From: SAR324 cluster bacterium | GTDB lineage: Bacteria > SAR324 > XYD2-FULL-50-16 > JAERRU01 | Length of the DNA: 64,000 bases | Direction: 5' to 3' | Assembly: GCA_016735295.1 (NCBI GenBank) | Contig: JAERRU010000006.1 | Location: 138,766-202,765 of the forward strand | In this document: positions 53,096 to 62,857 of the stretch, in pieces | How positions within the stretch are numbered: position 1 is the first letter of the stretch | Layout of the letters: each line of letters starts with the position of its first letter | Translations under genes and position numbers: made by a program | Notes under the pieces: model-generated | The model's input: the letters and a program-made list of their open reading frames with translations, nothing else | The model's database searches: none | Told to the model about the DNA's origin: nothing

Positions 53096-53154
53096 TTTAT
53101 ATAAAATTGTTAAATAGTGTATCCTTGTTAAAAAATAGAAAACTCAATATTTAG

Positions 53155-54261
53155 CTAATCAACAAAAGCCTTCTTTAATCGAGTTAAACTACTAACCGCT
53201 AGCAATAAAAGATGATCAGCTAAAACTAAATTAATCATAGCCTCAACTATGGGCACCGCCCTAGGTAAAACACAAGGGTCATGCCTACCGGTAGCTTTAA
53301 ATTCGGTAGCAATTCCTTGTTTATTTAAGGTGGTCTGCTTTTGTAAAATGGTTGCAGTTGGTTTAAACCCCACCGACCCTAAAATATCATTTCCATTACT
53401 GATGCCTCCTTGTACCCCCCCAGAGCGATTAGTTTTTGTGCTAATAACGCCATTTTTTTTACAAAATTGGTCATTATGTTCAGAACCCGTCAAGGCGGTA
53501 GCCTCAAGGCCTAGCCCAATTTCAAAACTTCGAGTAGCCCCTATGCTAATCAAAGCTTTAGCTAAATCGGCTGTTAATTTATCAAACACAGGATCGCCCA
53601 TTCCAGCCAGACATCCGCTAACTTTAAAGCCTATCACACCACCTAAGCTATTGCCATCTTTTTTTGCATTTTTTATTAATTTTATCATCAAGGCGGCACT
53701 TTTTGGGTCAGGGCACCTTATTTCATTTGCTTCTATATTGGCTAAGGTTAACTGATTATCATTTATATTGGCTTTAATTTGATGAACTTGTTTTACCCAA
53801 GCAATGGTTTCAATTTTGGCTAATTGATAGATAAGTTGTTTCGCAATTGCACCTGCAGCCACTCGGGCCACACTTTCTCGATTACTAGATCTTCCCCCGC
53901 CTCGCCAGTCTCTAAAGTGATATCTTTGGTCATATGTAAAATCAGCGTGACTGGGGCGATAAATATTTTTTAGAGCTAGATAGTCATCTGATTTTTGATC
54001 TTTATTGGTGACTAATAAAGTAATTGGGCTACCTAAAGTTTTACCTTCAAACACACCTGATAATATTTTAACTTGATCTTTTTCATCTCGCGAGGTGGTG
54101 ATGCTGCTTTGACCAGGCCTACGGCGATTTAGCTCTTGTTGGATAATGGCTTCATCAATAGAAATCCCAGCAGGGCAACCATCTAAAGATACTCCCACAG
54201 CTTTTCCGTGACTTTCTCCAAAAGTAGAAATTCTAAAAATACGGCCTAAAATGCTGCCCAT
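53155..54261 (-). CDS. aroC: Chorismate synthase
   Basis: FRISTFGESHG, RPGQS, GGGRSS.RE, and GGISNG near the C-terminal third. Confidence 0.93.
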   Translation of the reverse strand: MGSILGRIFRISTFGESHGKAVGVSLDGCPAGISIDEAIIQQELNRRRPGQSSITTSRDEKDQVKILSGVFEGKTLGSPITLLVTNKDQKSDDYLALKNIYRPSHADFTYDQRYHFRDWRGGGRSSNRESVARVAAGAIAKQLIYQLAKIETIAWVKQVHQIKANINDNQLTLANIEANEIRCPDPKSAALMIKLIKNAKKDGNSLGGVIGFKVSGCLAGMGDPVFDKLTADLAKALISIGATRSFEIGLGLEATALTGSEHNDQFCKKNGVISTKTNRSGGVQGGISNGNDILGSVGFKPTATILQKQTTLNKQGIATEFKATGRHDPCVLPRAVPIVEAMINLVLADHLLLLAVSSLTRLKKAFVD

Positions 54262-54403
54262 GATAGTATGTTAGTAGTGGTTTATATCAAATTTTTGATT
54301 AATAATTTTTTTTTTGATTCGTCTTTTATAAAAAATGTTACTATAATTTAGTTTAAATAACAATTAGCAAAGGAAATTACATTAGGTTTATATATTATAA
54401 TAG

Positions 54404-55699
54404 ATGAGTATAATCCCTCGGATAGCCCTTCTCATGACGGGTGATGAAATTATGAATGGCGATACTATAGATACAAATAGTAGTTTTTTTTGCCAAGAAT
54501 TATCACAAATAGGGCTAAAGGTTGAGCAAATTATAACCTGTGGGGATAATCTAAATTTGATGGTAAAAACAATCAATCAAATAGCTAACTGGGCAGATAT
54601 TTTAATAATGAATGGGGGCTTAGGCCCTACTGAAGATGACTACACCTATCAAGCCCTAGCTTTAGCGACTAAACAAAAATTGATTATTAACAAAATTGCA
54701 GAAAAATCACTCCATGATTGGTTAAAAAAAAGAGGTTTTTCCAATAATAAAGCTAATCTAAAGCAAGTATACTTACCAGAAAAGGCGAAACCAATAATAA
54801 ACAAATTAGGCAGCGCCCCAGGAGCGCTTGTGAAGTTGAGCGATTGCTCAATTTACTGCACGCCAGGGGTATCTAGCGAAATGTTTGCTATGTGGCGAGA
54901 TACTATTAAAAAGCAAATTTGCGATACAGTTAATATTAATGAAGGTTTAACGCTAAAATTACGCTCATTTGGGTTAGGCGAATCTTTACTGCAAATGGCG
55001 ATAGCTAAAGCAGGGATATCAAGCAATCAACATTATCAACTTGGTTTTAGAGCTAATTTTCCCTATGTTGATTGCAAGTTAACTGCTTTATCTTCAGCTA
55101 AGCATACAATATTAAAACAGGCGGGTAGCAAATTAAAAAAAGTTTTAGCAGACTATTATGTATCTGATAACGAACAAGAATTAGAAAAGCTATTATTAAA
55201 TTATCTTCTAGCAAACAAGCAAACAATTAGTGTGGCTGAATCGGTAAGCGGGGGGATGTTGAGCTCTTTATTAACCAAATTTTCCGGAGCATCTTCAGTT
55301 TTTCGGTATGGCATAGTCTGCTATTCTAATGAGGCTAAGCAAAAATTATTGCAAATACCTCCAGAAATTATTAATCAATATGGAGCGATATCCAAACAAA
55401 CAGCACAACAAATGCTATCTGGGATAGTTAATATATCTAAACCTGATTACGCTTTGGTGACCACTGGTTTTGCAGGGCCTAAAGACCCTGCTAGCCAGAT
55501 AGGTAAAGTGTTTATAGGTTGTTATTCTAAAATAAATGGTAGCTTTATCAGGGAATGTCAATTCTCTGGTGATAGAAAAAGAATTAAATCATTAGCATCG
55601 CATACTGCCCTTGATTGTATAAGAAGGGTGATATTTAATTTACCTCAAAATCCAGCCTATAGCTTTGATAGAAGTAATATGATCAAGGAGCTTAAGTGA
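54404..55699 (+). CDS. cinA: CinA-family protein (MoCF-binding domain + nicotinamide-nucleotide amidohydrolase PncC domain)
   Basis: LLMTGDEIMNGDTIDTN...GGLGPTEDD N-terminal domain. C-terminal AESVSGGMLSSLLT...VTTGFAGP. Confidence 0.85.
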   Translation: MSIIPRIALLMTGDEIMNGDTIDTNSSFFCQELSQIGLKVEQIITCGDNLNLMVKTINQIANWADILIMNGGLGPTEDDYTYQALALATKQKLIINKIAEKSLHDWLKKRGFSNNKANLKQVYLPEKAKPIINKLGSAPGALVKLSDCSIYCTPGVSSEMFAMWRDTIKKQICDTVNINEGLTLKLRSFGLGESLLQMAIAKAGISSNQHYQLGFRANFPYVDCKLTALSSAKHTILKQAGSKLKKVLADYYVSDNEQELEKLLLNYLLANKQTISVAESVSGGMLSSLLTKFSGASSVFRYGIVCYSNEAKQKLLQIPPEIINQYGAISKQTAQQMLSGIVNISKPDYALVTTGFAGPKDPASQIGKVFIGCYSKINGSFIRECQFSGDRKRIKSLASHTALDCIRRVIFNLPQNPAYSFDRSNMIKELK

Positions 55700-55769
55700 T
55701 TAAGTGATTAATTAAATTTTAAATTTTAAATTTTCAAATTCTCAAAATTTCAACAAATAAAAAATAATA

Positions 55770-56672
55770 ATGAATCCGGTATTAATAGATTTTGGTATTT
55801 TGCAAGTAAGATATTATGGTTTGCTCTATGCCATATCTTTGTATATTGCGATAATCATAGTGCAAAGAGAGGGTAGAAGGCATAGGCTCCCGCTAGATGA
55901 CAAGCAGTTGAGCAACTTCACCTTACTTATTTTTTTGGTGAGCATTTTGGGGGCTAGGCTTTATTACGTTTTATTTAACCTTGATTGGTATTTCAGATTA
56001 GGAGCTTCTTGGTATGAATTTTTAGCTGTTTGGCATGGGGGATTAGCCATTCATGGAGGAATCATAGCGGGCACGATATATATTTATTTCTTTGCCAAGA
56101 AAAGAAAATTATCATTTTTAAAAATCGGCGATATAATCATTTTACCCGTTATGTTGGGGCAAGCGATAGGAAGGATTGGTAATTTCATGAATGGTGACGC
56201 CCATGGAACTCCTACTGATATGGCGTGGGGAATGATATTCCCTTATGGCCCGGCGAGTAGACAATTTCCTGAAATAGCGCTGCATCCGGTAATGCTGTAT
56301 GAATCTTTTTTAAATTTCGGAGCCTTTTTTCTGCTGTGGTTTCTTAGGGTGAAAAGGTTTAAGCCAGGTTTTTTGAGTTTTTTATATATCATTCTTTATT
56401 CGGTAATTAGGTCTTTTGTATCTATCTTTAGAGCAGACGATTTGTATTTATGGAGTAAGCTAAAAAACGGCTCTAGTGGGTGGTTTATGGCAACTACACC
56501 TAACTTAGAGTGGGGGATAAGAGCTCCTCATGCCATTTCTGCGTTGGGAATTTTGCTGGGAATATTTTTTATTGTTAAATTTAAACTTTATCAAAAACAG
56601 CTATCATCCACTAAAACGGCGTTTAAGCCTCGCTTGGGAAAGAGGAATAAGGCCTTTAAAAAAAATAATTGA
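55770..56672 (+). CDS. lgt: Prolipoprotein diacylglyceryl transferase
   Basis: VRYYGLLYAIS, HGGLAIHGG and GRIGNFMNGDAHG motifs. Confidence 0.9.
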   Translation: MNPVLIDFGILQVRYYGLLYAISLYIAIIIVQREGRRHRLPLDDKQLSNFTLLIFLVSILGARLYYVLFNLDWYFRLGASWYEFLAVWHGGLAIHGGIIAGTIYIYFFAKKRKLSFLKIGDIIILPVMLGQAIGRIGNFMNGDAHGTPTDMAWGMIFPYGPASRQFPEIALHPVMLYESFLNFGAFFLLWFLRVKRFKPGFLSFLYIILYSVIRSFVSIFRADDLYLWSKLKNGSSGWFMATTPNLEWGIRAPHAISALGILLGIFFIVKFKLYQKQLSSTKTAFKPRLGKRNKAFKKNN

Positions 56673-56681
56673 TAATTTTAG

Positions 56682-56709
56682 TTGACAATTAGGATTATTC
56701 TGGTACGAT
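56682..56709 (+). promoter_or_regulatory. Candidate isc operon promoter (TTGACA-16 nt-TACGAT) with a possible IscR operator
   Basis: TTGACA at 56682-56687 and TACGAT at 56704-56709. ttagttgacaattagg resembles, from memory, the E. coli iscR type-1 site ATAGTTGACCAATT. Confidence 0.4.
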
Positions 56710-56753
56710 ATGAAATATAGATAGTAATCATTATTATTAACCGAAAATAATAA

Positions 56754-57218
56754 ATGCTTAAATTTTCAAAAAAACTCGATTATGCCCTTGCCTCACTGGT
56801 CTATCTAGGTAAATTTGATGTACCAAAAAATGCTAGGCAAGTAGCACAGTATCTGAACTTGTCACAACCATTTATTGCTAATCTATTAAAAGAATTGACT
56901 ACAGGCGGTATTTTAAAAAGTGTACGAGGTAGTGGAGGGGGTTATTTTATTGCTAAAGATACTCGTGATACCAATATCAAGCAAATTGTAGAATGCATTG
57001 ATCGGCCTTTAAATATCGCTAGCTGTATTAGTAGCCAGGATTGTTTTGCTTATAGCAGTTGTCCTTCCAGAAATACGGTATCTTTTTTACAAGAAAGGAT
57101 AATTAGTTTACTAGAAGAAATTAGCCTGTTTGATATGGTTCAGGCGTCTTCTCACGATAATTACTTTTTGACAAAATATACACACATGGATATTAAAAAT
57201 GAAATCTTCAAACGATAA
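56754..57218 (+). CDS. iscR: Rrf2-family [Fe-S] transcriptional regulator, IscR by context
   Basis: Rrf2 wHTH (LSKKLDYALASLVYL...VRGSGGGY). C-x5-C-x5-C cluster ligands (SCISSQDCFAYSSC). Immediately upstream of iscSUA. Confidence 0.8.
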   Translation: MLKFSKKLDYALASLVYLGKFDVPKNARQVAQYLNLSQPFIANLLKELTTGGILKSVRGSGGGYFIAKDTRDTNIKQIVECIDRPLNIASCISSQDCFAYSSCPSRNTVSFLQERIISLLEEISLFDMVQASSHDNYFLTKYTHMDIKNEIFKR

Positions 57219-58431
57219 TCATAAAGCTGTTTATATGGATTATGCGGCTACTAGCCCAGTAGATCCTGTAGTATTAGAAAAAATGATACCTTATTATCAA
57301 GTAAAATTTGGTAATGCAACTTCGCGTAATCATAAATTTGGCTGGGAAGCAGAAGAAGCTGTGGAAACGGCTCGAGAGCATGTAGCAAAATTAATTAATG
57401 CCAGTGCTAAAGAAATAATTTTTACTAGCGGGGCAACCGAATCTAATAACCTAGCACTACAAGGGGTGGTTAATATGTACAAACAAAAAGGAAACCACAT
57501 TATCACTTGTGTTAATGAGCACAAGGCGGTGCTAGATCCTGCTAATTATTTGGGCACTTTGGGCTATGATATTACTTTTTTACCGGTTGATGGCCAAGGA
57601 ATGATTGATTTGGCTCAGTTAGCCGATGCGATCACTCCAAAAACAATTTTAATTTCTTTGATGGCAGTAAATAATGAAACTGGCAATATTTATCCTACAG
57701 CTGAAATTGGTAAATTAGCTAAAGAGAAGGGCATCTTATTTCATACTGACGCCACTCAGGCAGTGGGTAAAATAGAAATAGATGTGGATAAAATGGGGAT
57801 AGATTTGCTCTCACTTTCTGCCCATAAGATGTATGGACCTAAGGGAGAAGGAGCTTTATATGTAAGGCGAAAAAATCCTAGAGTTAGGCTGGGAGCAGTG
57901 CAACATGGTGGTGGCCATGAAAGAGGAATGAGATCAGGCACTTTAAATGTGCCAGGAATAGTTGGCTTAGGAGAGGCTTGCCGATTATGCCACACAAGGT
58001 TTAAAGAAGATTTTCAATATATCAGCAAATTGCGTAAAATGCTGTTAGATGGCTTAACAAAGGAAGTAGACATGATGGTGGTGAATAGCCACCCCGAAAA
58101 ATGTGTACCTAATATACTTAATATTAGCTTTGAGTATATTGAGGGAGAAAGTTTGATGATGGGAATAGATTTAATCGCTGTTTCTTCTGGTTCAGCTTGT
58201 ACTTCTGCTAGTTTAGAACCATCATATGTTTTGAAAAATGCCGGCTTGGGTGATGAGTTGGCTCACTCATCTATCAGATTTAGTTTTGGTAGATTTACCA
58301 CTTTAGATGATGTGCAATTTACGATTGACAGCATGAAAAGAGTCGTCAAAAAATTGAGAGAAATGTCACCTCTTTATGAGTTGGTTAAAGAGGGGGTTGA
58401 TTTGAGCACCATTAGTTGGAGTGCTCATTAA
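57199..58431 (+). CDS. iscS: Cysteine desulfurase IscS
   Basis: VYMDYAATSPVD, SAHKMYGPKGEGALY, SSGSACTS, and a C-terminal ...VDLSTISWSAH typical of group I IscS. Possible 20-nt overlap with iscR. Confidence 0.9.
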   Translation: MKSSNDNHKAVYMDYAATSPVDPVVLEKMIPYYQVKFGNATSRNHKFGWEAEEAVETAREHVAKLINASAKEIIFTSGATESNNLALQGVVNMYKQKGNHIITCVNEHKAVLDPANYLGTLGYDITFLPVDGQGMIDLAQLADAITPKTILISLMAVNNETGNIYPTAEIGKLAKEKGILFHTDATQAVGKIEIDVDKMGIDLLSLSAHKMYGPKGEGALYVRRKNPRVRLGAVQHGGGHERGMRSGTLNVPGIVGLGEACRLCHTRFKEDFQYISKLRKMLLDGLTKEVDMMVVNSHPEKCVPNILNISFEYIEGESLMMGIDLIAVSSGSACTSASLEPSYVLKNAGLGDELAHSSIRFSFGRFTTLDDVQFTIDSMKRVVKKLREMSPLYELVKEGVDLSTISWSAH

Positions 58432-58505
58432 CAAGAATAATTATCATTAGTTTATTGAATAATATAGTTTTTATCAGTTTTAAATTTTAATTTTATTGAA
58501 AAATC

Positions 58506-58883
58506 ATGGCATATAGTGAAAAAGTATTGGATCATTATCATCAACCTAGAAATGTAGGTTCAATGGATAAAGGTGACGTTCAAGTTGGTACAGGCATTGT
58601 GGGAGCACCTGAGTGCGGCGACGTGATGAAGCTTCAAATTAAGGTAGTTGATGATAAAATAGTTGATGCTAAATTTAAAACATTTGGCTGTGGTAGTGCT
58701 ATTGCTAGCTCTAGTCTGGCTACAGAATGGATAAAGGGTAAATCTTTAAATGAAGCAGATTCTATCACCAATTCTGATATATCAGAAGAGCTTAGCTTGC
58801 CACCGGTTAAGATTCATTGCTCGGTTTTGGCGGAAGATGCAATTAAAGCTGCGATTACAGATTACCGGAATAAAGTTAAATAA
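58506..58883 (+). CDS. iscU: Fe-S cluster assembly scaffold IscU
   Basis: YSEKVLDHYHQPRNVG, GAPECGDVMKLQI, FGCGSAIASSS, LPPVKIHCSVLAEDAIKAA. Confidence 0.95.
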   Translation: MAYSEKVLDHYHQPRNVGSMDKGDVQVGTGIVGAPECGDVMKLQIKVVDDKIVDAKFKTFGCGSAIASSSLATEWIKGKSLNEADSITNSDISEELSLPPVKIHCSVLAEDAIKAAITDYRNKVK

Positions 58884-58902
58884 ATGTTAAAATAGTTTTG
58901 CA

Positions 58903-59250
58903 ATGATAAATATTACTGAGCCTGCTATTTTAGAGATTAAGCGAATCATAGCAGAGAAAAAATTGGCAGATAGTGTAATGTTGCGCATCTCCATCAAGGG
59001 TGGTGGCTGCGCCGGCTTTACTTATGTTATGGATTTTTCTAGTAAGAGCCAGCAATTTGATAATGAATTTGAGTCTAATGGGTTAAAGATGGTGGTGGAT
59101 CGTAAGAGTTTGTTATATGTTGATGGTACTATTATTGATTTTAATACCTCTTTGAGTGAGCGGGGATTTAAATTTACTAACCCTAAAGCTGACGCAGCTT
59201 GTGGTTGCGGTACTTCATTTACTCCTAAAATGAAACCCCTCATGGGGTAG
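58903..59250 (+). CDS. iscA: A-type Fe-S carrier IscA/ErpA
   Basis: LRISIKGGGCAGFTY...FKFTNPKADAACGCGTSF. Confidence 0.9.
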   Translation: MINITEPAILEIKRIIAEKKLADSVMLRISIKGGGCAGFTYVMDFSSKSQQFDNEFESNGLKMVVDRKSLLYVDGTIIDFNTSLSERGFKFTNPKADAACGCGTSFTPKMKPLMG

Positions 59251-59253
59251 TCT

Positions 59254-59865
59254 ATGGTTGAATCTCACCATAGTGATGGATTATTTGCTTGCCGGCAGTG
59301 CCATACTAAAACGACTAATATCTTTATTTGCGAGGATTGCCGGTTACTTAGAATTCCACTACCTGAGCATAATTATTTTAGTGCTTTTCAAATAGTAATT
59401 AAATTTTCTCCCGATAAAAAATTACTAGAGGATAAATATGAGGATTTATTAGAGTTGATACATCCTGATTTATTTATTTCGCAAGACGAAACTCATCAAT
59501 CAGCAAGTCTTAATTATTCAGCTATTTTGCAAGAAGCTAAAGAGACTTTGATTAATGATATGCGTTGCGGTCTTCATATTTTGGAGATATATAAAAAGCG
59601 TCCTACTAAGGAAAATCTTCAGCCTTCGGTTAAATTTTTAACTGAGATGTTGGTATTTCAAGAGGAGTTATTAGAAAACTCAGATCAAGATGGCTTTAAA
59701 ATTGAAATTAATGATTTATATAACAAAAAGCATACTAAATTAAGCACCTTATTTGGCAAATTTTTAGAAAATCCCAATTCTAATCAAGAAGAAGTATTGT
59801 CAGCTTTATATAGTGAGCTTGGGCAATTTAAATTTATTAGCAATCTCTATCAACAATCTCGTTAG
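59254..59865 (+). CDS. hscB: Fe-S co-chaperone HscB (J-protein) with an N-terminal CxxC...CxxC module
   Basis: J-domain with HPD (YEDLLELIHPDLF) preceded by ACRQC...ICEDC. ATG lies 4 nt after the iscA stop. Confidence 0.8.
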   Translation: MVESHHSDGLFACRQCHTKTTNIFICEDCRLLRIPLPEHNYFSAFQIVIKFSPDKKLLEDKYEDLLELIHPDLFISQDETHQSASLNYSAILQEAKETLINDMRCGLHILEIYKKRPTKENLQPSVKFLTEMLVFQEELLENSDQDGFKIEINDLYNKKHTKLSTLFGKFLENPNSNQEEVLSALYSELGQFKFISNLYQQSR

Positions 59866-59898
59866 CAGATAGGCAATCATCAGATTATATTTAAGGAG

Positions 59899-60618
59899 AT
59901 GAAGGCTGGACTAGCGTTGAAAATACAAAGAGAACTTCTAGCCTTAGGTAATATTGAAAAAGCAAAATCTATCCAAAGATTCTTTAAAACAGCCCCTGGT
60001 GAATATGGTGAGAATGATAGATTTTTAGGAATAGGGGTGCCTGATATTAGAAAGTTAGCACAAAAATATTTTAAAGAAGCTAATTATAGTGATATTAAAG
60101 TCTTACTTGATTCAAAATGGCACGAGGAAAGGTTTTTAGCTTTAATTATAATTACGCAAAAATTTACTAAAAAAGATAATATTAGCGGTAAAGATGAGTT
60201 AGTGCAATTTTATTTAGCGAATCTAAAGGCGGTTAATAATTGGGATTTAGTTGATGTATCTTGTTATAAAATATTGGGCAGCTATCTATTACAAATTGAT
60301 GATTTTTCGATTTTATTTGATTTTGCCAAATCATCTGATTTGTGGAAAAGACGTATTTCTATAGTTACTAGCTACGCATTTATTAGGAAATCTATCTTTC
60401 AACCAACTATTGATATAGCTAATATATTACTTACAGATAAAGAAGATTTAATCCATAAAGCAGTCGGTTGGATGTTGCGTGAGGTAGGAAAAAAAAGTCC
60501 TGCTCTGCTAATAGCATTTCTTGATAAGAATGCTCTCATCATGCCCCGCACTATGTTACGCTATTCTATCGAGAAATTTAATCAATCACAAAAGAAACAT
60601 TATCTGCTTCTCAAGTAA
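59899..60618 (+). CDS. DNA alkylation repair protein (AlkD/AlkC-like HEAT-repeat family)
   Basis: KAKSIQRFFKTAPGEYGENDRFLGIGVPDIRKLA...WHEERFLAL...NNWDLVD, typical of the DNA_alkylation family. Confidence 0.7.
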   Translation: MKAGLALKIQRELLALGNIEKAKSIQRFFKTAPGEYGENDRFLGIGVPDIRKLAQKYFKEANYSDIKVLLDSKWHEERFLALIIITQKFTKKDNISGKDELVQFYLANLKAVNNWDLVDVSCYKILGSYLLQIDDFSILFDFAKSSDLWKRRISIVTSYAFIRKSIFQPTIDIANILLTDKEDLIHKAVGWMLREVGKKSPALLIAFLDKNALIMPRTMLRYSIEKFNQSQKKHYLLLK

Positions 60619-60627
60619 TCTTTTATT

Positions 60628-61395
60628 TTATGGATTTCCAAAATCGCCCAACTTTTTAGTGCTCTCATGGTTGATACTTAGGTAAGATAAAAATCGCCTT
60701 TCCAATAGCTTAAATATATAAGTCAGCAAGAATACTATTACTAAATAAACTAGCGATACCGCCAGAAAAGGTGTGAAAGGATCGTAATATTTAGAATATA
60801 AATAGCGAGCCGCCCCCGTTAATTCAGTGATAGTGATGGCGCTAGCTATTGAGCTACTATGTAACAAAAAAATTACCTCATTGCTATAAGGAGGAATGGA
60901 GCGTCTTAATGAATTTGGAATTACTATCCTAGTATATGCTTTCCACGTTGACATTCCAAAAGCAATAGCCGCCTCAATTTCATTTTTTCGCATAGTATCT
61001 AGTGCATTTCGGAAAATCTCAGTAGTATAAGCCGCTGTATTTAAAGTAAAAGCAATCAATCCGCAAAGATATGCTTTTTCCAAAATAACCCACATCCAAG
61101 AATCCCTTATCCAAGAAAATTGCCCTGTGCCGTAGTAGATTAAGTATATTTGGAGTATTAATGGAGTGGATCTAAAAAAATAAGTAAATCCCCATATTAA
61201 TTGATTAGCTACAGGAACTTTAAAATGTCTTATTAAGGCTAGAGGCAGTGCCAACATGAATCCTAACACTAAAGATAGGCTTATTAAGTGCAATGTTACC
61301 CATAGACCATCTAATAATAATGGGATATTGTCTATTACAATGCTAAAATTCACTCTATTACCTGATATTTTTTCTCTAAAGAGCGAATAACCCAA
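60628..61395 (-). CDS. Polar amino-acid ABC transporter permease (HisM-like)
   Basis: EAA loop (EAAIAFGMSTWKAYTRIVIPNSLRRSIPPY). The longest ORF overlaps hisQ by 46 nt. An alternative GTG start at 61353 gives a classic GTGA 4-nt overlap. Confidence 0.8.
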   Translation of the reverse strand: MGYSLFREKISGNRVNFSIVIDNIPLLLDGLWVTLHLISLSLVLGFMLALPLALIRHFKVPVANQLIWGFTYFFRSTPLILQIYLIYYGTGQFSWIRDSWMWVILEKAYLCGLIAFTLNTAAYTTEIFRNALDTMRKNEIEAAIAFGMSTWKAYTRIVIPNSLRRSIPPYSNEVIFLLHSSSIASAITITELTGAARYLYSKYYDPFTPFLAVSLVYLVIVFLLTYIFKLLERRFLSYLSINHESTKKLGDFGNP

Positions 61396-62027
61396 AGAGA
61401 TAGGCTAGTTATGACTATATAAATCATAGCAGCAGTCAATAAAAAGGTAAATGGTTGCTTAGTGATTTGCCCCGCCATATTAGACTTCCTCACCACATCT
61501 TCAAGCCCTACTATTGAAATAAGAGCTGTTGATTTTATCAATACCAACCAATTATTCATAAAGCTCGCAATCGCATGCTTTACCATTAAAGGAAAAGTAA
61601 TTCGCCGAAAAAGAGTCAGGTTGGTCATTCCAAAAGAATGCCCCGCTTCAAGTTGCCCCTGCTCAATGGCTAAAATTGCCCCCCGAAAAGTTTCTACCAT
61701 ATAAGCCCCATAGATAAAACCAATGGTGAGAACCCCAGAAATGAAAGGACTAATATTGATATAGTCTATCTCAAAAAATTCGGTGATATAATTTATCCCT
61801 ATTTGACCACCATAAAATATTAGTAAAATTAGCAGTAAATCAGGTACACCCCTAATCAAGGTGGTGTAAATAGTACAAATTCTCTTTGTAGCGGGGTTGC
61901 CCCAGAGTTTTCCAAAAGCACCTAAAAGACCTAGTACCACAGCAATAAATAACGAAAGAACCGAAACTGATATGGTAATCCAAGTACCACTAAGCACTAA
62001 TGGTAAATATTCTAAAAATTTCTCCAC
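61350..62027 (-). CDS. Polar amino-acid ABC transporter permease (HisQ-like)
   Basis: GTWITISVSVLSLFIAVVLG...RGVPDLLLIL...EAGHSFGMTNLTLFRRITFPLM. Confidence 0.85.
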   Translation of the reverse strand: MEKFLEYLPLVLSGTWITISVSVLSLFIAVVLGLLGAFGKLWGNPATKRICTIYTTLIRGVPDLLLILLIFYGGQIGINYITEFFEIDYINISPFISGVLTIGFIYGAYMVETFRGAILAIEQGQLEAGHSFGMTNLTLFRRITFPLMVKHAIASFMNNWLVLIKSTALISIVGLEDVVRKSNMAGQITKQPFTFLLTAAMIYIVITSLSLWVIRSLEKKYQVIE

Positions 62028-62074
62028 GACAACCCTATAAGTTGGCTAATTTTTAATAGCCACATAAGATATTA

Positions 62075-62857
62075 TTATTTTTTTGAAATCATAATATCAG
62101 TATTGGGAAAGTAAGAATCAGCAATTTTTTTGAACTTTCCATTACTATATAACGCCTTGATTCCTTTATCTAATAATTTCTTTAAATCCTTATCAGACTT
62201 TCTTACACCAGCACCAATGCCAATGCCAAACCACTTAGGATCAGTATATTCTTTACCGATGAAATTAAAATCCTTACCCGCTGGAGTGTTAAGAAAACCA
62301 TTGCTGCTGCTTAACGCATCATTAAATACTAAATCAACTCGTTTAGCTTTTAAATCAAGAAAAGCTTCTTCTATAGTTACGTAAGATTTAATTCCACTTT
62401 TTTTGTAATTTTCAACAATAAAATTTTCAGAAACAGTAGCTTTTTGCACACCAATAGTTTTAGTAGTTAACCCATTAGGCTCAGTACCTAGGCCACATGG
62501 GCTGGTTTTATGGACTACAAATCTATTAGGGGTAGTGTAGTAGGGCATGCTAAATTCAATAGTTTTCTTTCTGTCATCAGTAATACTAAGCGATGCTATA
62601 ATAACATCATATTTTTTGGCCAATAAAGCAGGAATAATGCCGTCCCAGTCTTGAGCGTGGAATGTGCAAGTTACCTTTAATTCAGCACAAAGAGCCTTAG
62701 CAAAGTCTATTTCTAAACCGACTAATTTACCATCTTTATCAACAAAATTAAATGGAGGATATGCTCCTTCAGTTCCAATTCTAATTTTTTTCCATTCTTT
62801 GGCTGACAAACTAAAAGCAAAGCTGAAAGCCATGGCTAGTAAGACAAACTTCTTCAT
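62075..62857 (-). CDS. Periplasmic lysine/arginine/ornithine/histidine-type substrate-binding protein
   Basis: Signal peptide. IRIGTEGAYPPFNF.DKDGKLVGLEIDFAKALC...WDGIIPALLAKKYDVIIASLSIT..R. Confidence 0.85.
   Translation of the reverse strand: MKKFVLLAMAFSFAFSLSAKEWKKIRIGTEGAYPPFNFVDKDGKLVGLEIDFAKALCAELKVTCTFHAQDWDGIIPALLAKKYDVIIASLSITDDRKKTIEFSMPYYTTPNRFVVHKTSPCGLGTEPNGLTTKTIGVQKATVSENFIVENYKKSGIKSYVTIEEAFLDLKAKRVDLVFNDALSSSNGFLNTPAGKDFNFIGKEYTDPKWFGIGIGAGVRKSDKDLKKLLDKGIKALYSNGKFKKIADSYFPNTDIMISKK

Noticed and set aside
53249-53755. 168-aa antisense ORF inside aroC. Similar antisense ORFs occur in the SulP gene (851-1330), putA (49742-50430), acs (32479-32981), rplL (33314-33589), hisQ, hisJ and hisP
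   Set aside because: They are fully embedded opposite well-supported conserved genes. The translations are low-complexity or Pro/Ser/Leu-rich, typical of antisense frames.
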